Program-made: the position numbers and the translations under genes
Shown: piece by piece, positions 46,552 through 54,574 of the stretch
Numbering within the stretch: the first letter of the stretch is position 1
How the letters are laid out: every line of letters starts with the position of its first letter
The notes under the pieces: model-generated
Seen by the model: the letters and a program-made list of their open reading frames with translations, nothing else
What the model was told of the DNA's origin: nothing
Database searches by the model: none
From: a virus
Lineage: Duplodnaviria; Caudoviricetes
Virus record (IMG/VR): IMGVR_UViG_3300023108_000002
Strand: one strand, 5' to 3'
DNA: 64,000 nt

Positions 46552-49013
46552 AAGATACTGTAGTTTTTACATTTGGTAGATTTAATCCACCAACAACTGG
46601 ACATGAAAAACTAATAGAGAAAGTTGCTGCCGTCGCAAGAAGCGAAAAGGCGGATTTTATGGTATTTCCAAGTCAATCTACAAATCCTAAAAAAGACCCT
46701 CTAGATTTTAGAACAAAAGTTTCTTATATGAAGAAAATGTTTCCAAAATATTCTAAGAATATCATGTCCAATAAAGATGCAAAATCTGCTTTTAATATCG
46801 TTCCTATGCTATATAAGATGGGATATGAAAGATGTATTATGGTTGTAGGTGGCGATAGAGTTTCAGAATTTGAAACAATATTGAATAAGTACAATGGTGT
46901 TTCTGGTAGTCATGGTTTCTATGAGTTTGAAAATGGAGTTGAAATTGTTTCTGCCGGAGAAAGAGATGAAAATGCTACTGATGTAAGTGGTATGTCTGCA
47001 TCTAAAATGAGAGCAGCTGCAGCTGCTAATAGATACGAAGATGAAAAGATTGGTGGAAAAATTCTTCAAGGATTCAAGAGTGGACTTCCAAGTAAATTTG
47101 AAAGAACGCATGGAAAGAAACTCTTTGCAGACCTAAGAAAAGCAATGAACCTCAGCGAAGAAATGATCGAATTTCTTAATTCCGTTGGAGATGATTTGCT
47201 AGAGTTTATGCAAACAGATTATATGGGATATGTAGACGATGCAACTGATAACAACCTGTACAACGAGATATATGAAGAATTTTTTGCGGAAAGAAAGGTT
47301 GCTCAGGACAAAGATATCGAAGATAGAGAAGGTACACAACCTAAAAAATACTACGCAAAAGATGCAGACGGCGATGAAATGTCAAAGTCAACAAAACAAG
47401 CTCGCGCAAGACATTTCGCAAAATATGGAAAAAAATCAGACGATTCAGACAGTTCTTACAAACCAGCACCTGGCGATGCGAATGCAAAAACAAAACCCTC
47501 AAAATACACCAACCTATATCATAAAATGTATGGAGAGGATGTATCTCAAAAACAAATAGACGATTTGGAAAAATTTGCAGATAGAATGCTTGCAAAATAT
47601 GATATTGATATTACATTTACAAGACATTTTGTTGATAGAATGAATGACAATAGAAACGATCCAGAGATCAAAGTTGCAGAACTTCAAAAGTTTTTCAAAA
47701 AGATTCAGAAGAAAAAAGGTTCTCAGATCAAGGCGAACCCCGATATCGAAGCAGTTCTCAAAGACATGTCAACTAACTTAAATCTGCCTGTAGTTATCAA
47801 CTATAAGAATGGTGAGTTTGAAGTTGTACATAAAACAATCATGCGTAAGAAAAACTTCTCTACATCAAGTAAAGAATTAAAATACGAAGAGGTAGATATG
47901 AATATTGAAGAAAAACTTAACGAAATATCTAACATGCGCCGTTTGAAGCTTGTCAGCAAAATTAAGAATTCTGGTGTTGTAAAACAGGGTTCTATGTCTA
48001 AGGATAATAAAAAAGAAGCAGCAAATCCAGCTCAACAAGCTGCCATTGCTATTGCAAAGAAAAAATCGGGAAAATACGATGATGATGGAAATCTTAAAGA
48101 ATTGACATCAGCAGAAAAAAAACTTATTGATAAAATGTATGACAAAAAAGGTAACTTGACGCCATTGGGTAAAAAAGTTATGGAATATGGTAAGAAAAAT
48201 GAAAAACTAGGCAAAGATGCTGATGCTGGTGATTACATCGATGATTTTAGAAAATCAGATGCTCCGCAATTCAAAGGTAAGTCCGATGAAAAAATAAGAC
48301 AAATGGCGGTTGCCGCATATCTTAAAGCAAAAGAAAAAAATGAAACTGTTGATGAAAAAATTGCAACCAATAAAGAAAGAATGAATATGGCTGCTCTTGA
48401 TGCGTTAAAAAAATTGATTGCATCAAAAGGTGATAAACAGTCTTTAAAATCATATGTATATACTATCGCTAAATCTTTCAGTGGAGTGTCGGGTAAAGAT
48501 TTAGAGACTCTTTATAGAAATTCTATTAAAGAACAAGTTGAACTTGATGAAGAAAGATGGAAATATAAGGGCGACACAAATTACAAAGTAGGTGGTAATC
48601 TAAGATATGATGATAAGTTAGATTACAAACTTTCAAAGGCAGATGCTGATATTTTAAACAAATACATGAAACAAGCTAAAAATGATGCAGCACGTAGTAA
48701 AGTGTGGAATATGTTCTGGGATTCAAAAGAAACAGGTAATACGGCCAAGGGCCCAGAAAAAGCGATCAAATTTGCCAAAAATTCTATCAAAGAAGAACTA
48801 GATGAACAAATCGAGGGACTTAAAAAGAAAGCAGAAAAGTCGGGTATTTCATATGGTATTCTAAAAAAGGTATATGACAGAGGTATGGCTGCTTGGAAAA
48901 CAGGACATAGGCCAGGAACTACTCCACAACAGTGGGCATTTGCTAGAGTCAATTCATTTATCACTGGCGGTGGCGCACGGAAGTCGGATGCAGACCTTTG
49001 GGCTGAAAGATAG
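46548..49013 (+). CDS. multidomain protein: N-terminal cytidyltransferase-like (HIGH-family) domain, many small modules, DUF5824-like C-terminus
   Basis: FGRFNPPTTGH, MVVGGDRV.EF, SAGERD, MSASKMRAAA; C-terminal VYDRGMAAWKTGHRPGTTPQQWAFARVNSF. Confidence 0.75.
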   Translation: MKDTVVFTFGRFNPPTTGHEKLIEKVAAVARSEKADFMVFPSQSTNPKKDPLDFRTKVSYMKKMFPKYSKNIMSNKDAKSAFNIVPMLYKMGYERCIMVVGGDRVSEFETILNKYNGVSGSHGFYEFENGVEIVSAGERDENATDVSGMSASKMRAAAAANRYEDEKIGGKILQGFKSGLPSKFERTHGKKLFADLRKAMNLSEEMIEFLNSVGDDLLEFMQTDYMGYVDDATDNNLYNEIYEEFFAERKVAQDKDIEDREGTQPKKYYAKDADGDEMSKSTKQARARHFAKYGKKSDDSDSSYKPAPGDANAKTKPSKYTNLYHKMYGEDVSQKQIDDLEKFADRMLAKYDIDITFTRHFVDRMNDNRNDPEIKVAELQKFFKKIQKKKGSQIKANPDIEAVLKDMSTNLNLPVVINYKNGEFEVVHKTIMRKKNFSTSSKELKYEEVDMNIEEKLNEISNMRRLKLVSKIKNSGVVKQGSMSKDNKKEAANPAQQAAIAIAKKKSGKYDDDGNLKELTSAEKKLIDKMYDKKGNLTPLGKKVMEYGKKNEKLGKDADAGDYIDDFRKSDAPQFKGKSDEKIRQMAVAAYLKAKEKNETVDEKIATNKERMNMAALDALKKLIASKGDKQSLKSYVYTIAKSFSGVSGKDLETLYRNSIKEQVELDEERWKYKGDTNYKVGGNLRYDDKLDYKLSKADADILNKYMKQAKNDAARSKVWNMFWDSKETGNTAKGPEKAIKFAKNSIKEELDEQIEGLKKKAEKSGISYGILKKVYDRGMAAWKTGHRPGTTPQQWAFARVNSFITGGGARKSDADLWAER

Positions 49014-49042
49014 ATAAATAGTAAAAAAACTGGAGAACTCTC

Positions 49043-51001
49043 ATGACTAATAGGAAAAATATTCCCGAAGAAATTTTAGACGATGATGTAGCAGATTTCA
49101 TCGGCGCAGCTTCTGCTGCGAAGGCGGCAGGAAAAAAGAAATTTAAATTTGGTGATAAAGAATATCCTGTCACAATTTCTGATAAAATTGCAAAGACTGT
49201 TAATAAAGAAGCCGTTGTTGGTATTATGCAAAACAAGGACGATGAAAAGGTTTCCAAGGGTTCACAAAAAATGGGAAGTGCAAAAAATGAATCTTTAGAT
49301 GGAAGAACTAAAGCATTTAAAGAAAAATTGCAAAAGCTTTCCTATTCAGAGAAGAAAAAAGATGACCTAGAAAACGAGAAGAATTTTGATGGCCGCGGCA
49401 AAGAGTTCAAAGAAAAACTAGTCAAACTTGGATATAAAAAGCCTACTATGGAAGAAAGACTTCTAGAAAAAATGGGCAAATCTTCAACTGGTTATGATTT
49501 GTATCACAAAGATTTTTCATCTGCAATGAAACATGCATACGAATTTGCAAAGAAAAAATATGGTATTGATATTGATCCAAAAGAAATTGATGATAAAGTT
49601 GCCACTGGGCCTCGCAAACCAACATCTGGTAAAACCAATTCTTATCGTTTACTTGATAAAGATGGTAAAAAAGCAGTTCAAATTCAAGTATACAATATGG
49701 ACAATAAGAAATATGAATTGAATATGTATAAAGAGGAAAAGGAATTTGAACCTCATATGATGTACGACCCAAAAACTGGTAAAGGTTATAAAGCCGAAAA
49801 ACCAGAAGATCATGAACGTATGTCTAAGATGGGATATACTCATGAAAAACCAAAAATGGAAGAATTTCATTTACATGAAGCATCAATTCAAATGGTAGCA
49901 AGAGATCTCGAATCATATGCTAAAAAAGATAAAAAGGGTATGGATTATGATGATTTCATGAAAGCAGCAAAAATGATGAAAGATAATCAATTGAAAGCTT
50001 TGATTTCATTTGTGAATGATTTGGACACAGAACCAAGAGAAAAAATCCTCATGATTGTTAAGAATGTTCTTGGTAAGAAAACTGCTGAGAAAATGTTTGG
50101 GGTAAGATTTTTTGATAGTAAAATTAATGAGATTAAAGAAATGAAACAGCCCTTCGTAGTTGTTGATACTGCTGATGGTAACAAAGTCGTAGGTATGGCT
50201 TCTGATGAAAAGGGAGCAAAATCAATTATTTCCACTTCTCAACTTCCACCAATGAAAATTAAAGACAAGAAAACTTTGAAGATTGTAAAGACAAGCAAAA
50301 AACAAGATATTGGATTTCCTGTGAAAGAAGATCAAGAGGTCGATGAAGTCTCTCAAGATACTTTACGTAATTATCATGGTAAAGCAGGTGCTCAACTTAA
50401 TAAATTAAGAGATAAAAATGCTAAAGGAAAGTTAACTTTTGCTGATCTTAAAAAGGGCCAAAACAGAGCAAAAGGTCTTAATAGAGCTGCTAATAAGATG
50501 GAAGAGATTGAACTAAAAGAATTTGAAACAGAGATTGATTTACAAGAAAAACTTTCTCCAGCCCAAATCAAAAAATTAAAAAGTGAATTTGAAGACCTGA
50601 GAGGAAAGAAAATCTCTGCACAGTCAGGAATGAAACTTTCCAAAGCTTTGGACAAATTGGACAAGGAACAAACGATTGCTCTTGTTAATTTAGATTTGCC
50701 ATTCGTTTCTACTCTTGCTGTTAGCAAACTAATGATGAATTTTAACATGTCTCCAAGCGAAGTCAATAAAATAATTGATGGAAAAGATGAATCATTTGAT
50801 CCAAAACTCAAAGAAGAACTAAAAATTAAAGAATTGATTGAAAGTTCTGATAAAAAAGATGCAGAGGAAATGAAAGAAATTGTTCTTGCAATGAACCCTA
50901 AATATAATAAAAAACAGGTTCAAAAAGAAGTTGAAAAAATGGCGATGGAGAAATATGGAAATTCCTCTCGCGCTAAAAAGATTGCTAGCTACGTTAAATA
51001 A
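49043..51001 (+). CDS. modular Lys/Glu-rich protein, probable capsid-internal polyprotein
   Basis: Late-promoter variant GATAAATA at 49013-49020; short modules separated by (L/I/V)xE sites; an internal 16-aa repeat. Confidence 0.6.
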   Translation: MTNRKNIPEEILDDDVADFIGAASAAKAAGKKKFKFGDKEYPVTISDKIAKTVNKEAVVGIMQNKDDEKVSKGSQKMGSAKNESLDGRTKAFKEKLQKLSYSEKKKDDLENEKNFDGRGKEFKEKLVKLGYKKPTMEERLLEKMGKSSTGYDLYHKDFSSAMKHAYEFAKKKYGIDIDPKEIDDKVATGPRKPTSGKTNSYRLLDKDGKKAVQIQVYNMDNKKYELNMYKEEKEFEPHMMYDPKTGKGYKAEKPEDHERMSKMGYTHEKPKMEEFHLHEASIQMVARDLESYAKKDKKGMDYDDFMKAAKMMKDNQLKALISFVNDLDTEPREKILMIVKNVLGKKTAEKMFGVRFFDSKINEIKEMKQPFVVVDTADGNKVVGMASDEKGAKSIISTSQLPPMKIKDKKTLKIVKTSKKQDIGFPVKEDQEVDEVSQDTLRNYHGKAGAQLNKLRDKNAKGKLTFADLKKGQNRAKGLNRAANKMEEIELKEFETEIDLQEKLSPAQIKKLKSEFEDLRGKKISAQSGMKLSKALDKLDKEQTIALVNLDLPFVSTLAVSKLMMNFNMSPSEVNKIIDGKDESFDPKLKEELKIKELIESSDKKDAEEMKEIVLAMNPKYNKKQVQKEVEKMAMEKYGNSSRAKKIASYVK

Positions 51002-51011
51002 GGAGAAAAAA

Positions 51012-51329
51012 ATGGATTTACCAAGTTGGGCAAGGCCAAAAAACTGGATGAAGAATGCAGTTGCAACTAATCGCGGTTGGGTCAACGAAAAAACTGGAGA
51101 GATGTATAAAAAGCACTCAAATTTGAAAGACAAAATTGATGCACTTGCGCCTGCAAAACCAGCACCAAAACCAAAACCAAAACCAACATCAGCACCGAAA
51201 GATGAAGGTGTAGATCTTTCAAGTATGACAAAGGACGAATTGGAAGAGTTGGGTAGAGAACATGGAATTGAGTTGGACAAGAGAAAAACTAAAAAGGATT
51301 TAGTTGCTGAAATCAAAGACGTAATATAA
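51012..51329 (+). CDS. small protein with Pro/Lys linker and C-terminal Rho-N/HeH-like helical domain
   Basis: AGGAG RBS; PAKPAPKPKPKP linker; MTKDELEELGREHGIELDKRKTKKDLV. Confidence 0.65.
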   Translation: MDLPSWARPKNWMKNAVATNRGWVNEKTGEMYKKHSNLKDKIDALAPAKPAPKPKPKPTSAPKDEGVDLSSMTKDELEELGREHGIELDKRKTKKDLVAEIKDVI

Positions 51330-51349
51330 TATTATAAAGAACAATAATA

Positions 51350-51745
51350 ATGGATCACTTTGAAATTTTGAATGAAAACAATGTTTTCAATTATCAGATG
51401 AAATCTTATGATAATCCTCAGTGTCATAGCATGGAAGAGTTTCTTGACGATATGAAACGTATCAAATATGTCAAGAGACTCTTTCACAAATATCACACTA
51501 AAGGTTTATTAAAAGAGAGATTGATAATAAATCATCTGGTAATTTTGTTTAATGTTTTGGGAAATGTTCCGTGTAGTAGAATTTTATTTTTGAAAATTGA
51601 CAAAAATCAACACTACATCTTAGCAAGTTTTTTGCACTTTTTACACAAACTTCCAAAAGAAGTAAAAGGAATTGAGGGTAGAACTATAAATTTAGAAGAA
51701 ATTGTTCTTGATAAATATATATTAGAAACATTAGGAAAAATTTAA
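51350..51745 (+). CDS. conserved T4-like hypothetical protein (DUF7207-like)
   Basis: YDNPQC...EEF.DD.KRIKY.KRL...LKERLI.NH.VIL.NV. Confidence 0.65.
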   Translation: MDHFEILNENNVFNYQMKSYDNPQCHSMEEFLDDMKRIKYVKRLFHKYHTKGLLKERLIINHLVILFNVLGNVPCSRILFLKIDKNQHYILASFLHFLHKLPKEVKGIEGRTINLEEIVLDKYILETLGKI

Positions 51746-51746
51746 G

Positions 51747-52409
51747 ATGGCCTCAGTATTTAATGCATATCTAGCATATCAATTTATAAAAATTCTCACT
51801 ACGCCGTGGGAAGAAACTGAAGCATATAAAAACGGCGTGGTTGATGCATCTGGAAAACAACTTAAAAAATCTGGTGATTTAAAAACGGATGCAGAAAAAA
51901 AATCTTTCACCATTTTTCATAAAATCATTTTCAATTTAAAAAGAATTCTTTCAAAGTTTCCAGGCGGAAAATCTAGAATTGCATCTTACGCAGCTGCTAT
52001 GGCACTTCTTAGAGAAAATAATGAAAATCTAAAAGAAGAAGATTTAAATCTTCTTGAAAATCTTCTTATAGATTATATCAATAAACAAGAGGAAGAATTA
52101 TATGAAAGTGGTATTCTTATCGAAGAGATGGGGTCGGGAGGAATAGCTAATTCGGTTGGTGATGGTTCGAAGTTAGGAAACTTTATAAACAATCCATATA
52201 AATTTTCTGGTATGCAAATTTTCAAAGTCGATCCAGATAGTTTTGATAAATTTATGAAAGGTAAGAAAAAGTATTCTCGTTGGGATAATTTTATTCGCAG
52301 AGAAGATGCTTTACATATAAGAAAATATATAAAGAACAACCCAACTAAAAGAGTTGTGTTGCAGGATTCACAAAACGGTTCTATGATTATCTTACACAGA
52401 GATTTGTAA
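51747..52409 (+). CDS. conserved T4-like virion-associated protein
   Basis: YQFIKILTTPWEET.AYK.G..D..G...FHK..FNLKRIL...SYAAAMALLRE; IEE-type cleavage-like site before a second module. Confidence 0.6.
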   Translation: MASVFNAYLAYQFIKILTTPWEETEAYKNGVVDASGKQLKKSGDLKTDAEKKSFTIFHKIIFNLKRILSKFPGGKSRIASYAAAMALLRENNENLKEEDLNLLENLLIDYINKQEEELYESGILIEEMGSGGIANSVGDGSKLGNFINNPYKFSGMQIFKVDPDSFDKFMKGKKKYSRWDNFIRREDALHIRKYIKNNPTKRVVLQDSQNGSMIILHRDL

Positions 52410-52801
52410 TGTTTGGTATTTTCAGTACAGCAAAAATAGCGGTAGTAGTTGTCGCTCTCACAGTAGCCGGCGGGGGCTATTGGTATGTACAAAAACTACA
52501 AACTCAGGTAAAAACTCTAGAGGCAAACCAAGTTATCTTGAGTGGTGCTATGGAGTCAAAAGATTCAGAAATTGCAAGATTGAATGCAGATATTAAAGAA
52601 GTAAAAGAAATCAATAATCGAATTTCTACAGAAAGTAAAGTCTTGAACGGACAAGTCGATGAACTTAGGAGAAAACTTTCAGAACACGATTTGGGGTTCT
52701 TGGCAGAAAACAAACCTGGCCTTGTAGAAAAAATAATAAATAATGATATACAAAATACTTTGAAAAGTGATTTAGAAGATATTATGGAAACAGAAAAATG
52801 A
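52409..52801 (+). CDS. i-spanin-like (Rz-like) protein
   Basis: Single N-terminal transmembrane helix followed by a coiled coil; overlaps a lipoprotein gene. Confidence 0.65.
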   Translation: MFGIFSTAKIAVVVVALTVAGGGYWYVQKLQTQVKTLEANQVILSGAMESKDSEIARLNADIKEVKEINNRISTESKVLNGQVDELRRKLSEHDLGFLAENKPGLVEKIINNDIQNTLKSDLEDIMETEK

Positions 52802-53148
52802 ATAAATATATACAATTGACTCTTATATTATTTATTGGCTTGAGTATCACAGGATGTAGTAGTACACAGGAAAAGATTGTTACTGAAGAAGTTCTAGTAA
52901 ACAAAGTTCCTCTTGATCTTGAAATGCCAAAACCAGTGACATGGCAAAATTTTGAATTTGTTGTGGTTACTCCTGATAACTATCAGGAAACTGTTGATAA
53001 ATTGAAATCCGGCGGTAAGAGTATTGCGCTGTTTGCATTAGATGAAGATTCTTATAAGAATTTATCTATTGTAGTAAATGATATGAAAAGATATATGGGT
53101 GAACAGAAAATTATAATTTTAGAATATAAAAAATATTATGAACAATAA
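52798..53148 (+). CDS. o-spanin-like (Rz1-like) lipoprotein
   Basis: Signal peptide with lipobox SITG-C20; 4-nt overlap with the i-spanin candidate. Confidence 0.65.
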   Translation: MNKYIQLTLILFIGLSITGCSSTQEKIVTEEVLVNKVPLDLEMPKPVTWQNFEFVVVTPDNYQETVDKLKSGGKSIALFALDEDSYKNLSIVVNDMKRYMGEQKIIILEYKKYYEQ

Positions 53149-53171
53149 TAAAAATAATAAGGCGCAAACTA

Positions 53172-53453
53172 ATGACCGATTATGATTCTAGATTAGAAAG
53201 AATAGAAAGCAAGATTGATCAACTTGCAGATGCAATGATATCTATGGCTCGGGCCGAAGAAAAAATGACTGCTTTACGAACCGACCATGAAAAAATGTAT
53301 GAAAGAATAAACAAACTTTCTATAAAAATGGATGAATTAGATCGGATGGCGCGAGAAAACGCAAGAACAACTGCTATATTTTTGAAGGCATTTTGGATAG
53401 TTTTTGCTGCAGCTGTATCATCTGTCGCAGCACATTTTTATCTCTGGCAATAG
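53172..53453 (+). CDS. coiled-coil protein with C-terminal TM helix (holin-like candidate)
   Basis: RLERIESKIDQL coiled coil; AIFLKAFWIVFAAAVSSVAAHFY TM helix; next to the spanins. Confidence 0.45.
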   Translation: MTDYDSRLERIESKIDQLADAMISMARAEEKMTALRTDHEKMYERINKLSIKMDELDRMARENARTTAIFLKAFWIVFAAAVSSVAAHFYLWQ

Positions 53454-53461
53454 AATAATTA

Positions 53462-53490
53462 TTGACAACCCCTAAAAAATAGTATAATAT
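53462..53490 (+). promoter_or_regulatory. consensus sigma70 promoter for primase/RNR
   Basis: Perfect TTGACA-N17-TATAAT. Confidence 0.88.
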
Positions 53491-53516
53491 GAACTTTACT
53501 TACATGTGGAGTTGTG

Positions 53517-54539
53517 ATGATATATATTGATCGAGCATACATTCAGAGATTATCCCCACAATTAGAAGGTTTCGTACAGAAGAAAAATAATCTGTACAAC
53601 TTCCGTTGTCCTATCTGTGGCGATTCTCAGAAAAAAACCTACAAGATGCGTGGGTTTATTTACGAAAAAAAGAATAGTTTTAGATATATGTGTCATAATT
53701 GTGGCGCAAGTATGTCTTTTGCTAATTTCATAAAAGAACAAAATCATTCTTTATATGAAGAATATGTAATGGAAAAGTGGAAAGAAGGACAAAACAAATC
53801 TGGCCCTACTCAAAATCTTCAAAACACAGAAAAAGATGTTAAGTATGATTTTGACTTCAAGCCTAAATTTTCTACGAAATGTGTTTTTGAATATGGAGAG
53901 AAAATATCCGATTTGCATCCAACACACCCATCTAGAATGTATTGTGAGAAAAGAAAACTTCCAAAACTAGATGTATTGTATCATACACCAGATTTCAAAT
54001 TTGTAGTAGATAAGGTGGCAAAAGGATATAATATTCCTAAAAATGAAAAAAGAATAGTCATTCCATTCTTTAATGAGAAATGTGAACTGATTGCCTTACA
54101 AGGAAGGAGTATGGACCCTAAAAATCCTATGCGATATATCACCATTAAGGTAAAAGATGTCCCAAAAGTATATGGATTGGATAGAATTGATCCAGCAAAA
54201 ACTACATATGTAACAGAAGGCCCTTTTGATTCTCTTTTTCTTGATAACTGTCTTGCTATGGCAGGTAGTGATGTAGATAAAAAATATTTCAAATCATTTT
54301 CGGATATTGTTTTTATATACGATAATGAACCAAGAAACAGAGAGATAGTGAAGAAAATGGAACGGACTATTGACTCAGGATTTTCTATTTTTATATGGCC
54401 AAAAAATATTAAAGAAAAAGATATTAATGATGTAATATTGTCTGGAATGGACACTTTAGAATTACAATCACTTATAAGTATAAACACCTACAAAGACCTA
54501 CAAGCAAAACTCACTTTTTCTGCTTGGAAAAAATGTTAA
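53517..54539 (+). CDS. gp61: DNA primase gp61
   Basis: NFRCPICGDS...CHNCG zinc finger, RIVIPF, QGRS, VTEGPFDSLF, DNEPRN. Confidence 0.97.
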   Translation: MIYIDRAYIQRLSPQLEGFVQKKNNLYNFRCPICGDSQKKTYKMRGFIYEKKNSFRYMCHNCGASMSFANFIKEQNHSLYEEYVMEKWKEGQNKSGPTQNLQNTEKDVKYDFDFKPKFSTKCVFEYGEKISDLHPTHPSRMYCEKRKLPKLDVLYHTPDFKFVVDKVAKGYNIPKNEKRIVIPFFNEKCELIALQGRSMDPKNPMRYITIKVKDVPKVYGLDRIDPAKTTYVTEGPFDSLFLDNCLAMAGSDVDKKYFKSFSDIVFIYDNEPRNREIVKKMERTIDSGFSIFIWPKNIKEKDINDVILSGMDTLELQSLISINTYKDLQAKLTFSAWKKC

Positions 54540-54574
54540 TTACCACCAAAAAATATCAAAAAAGAGGATAAGCT

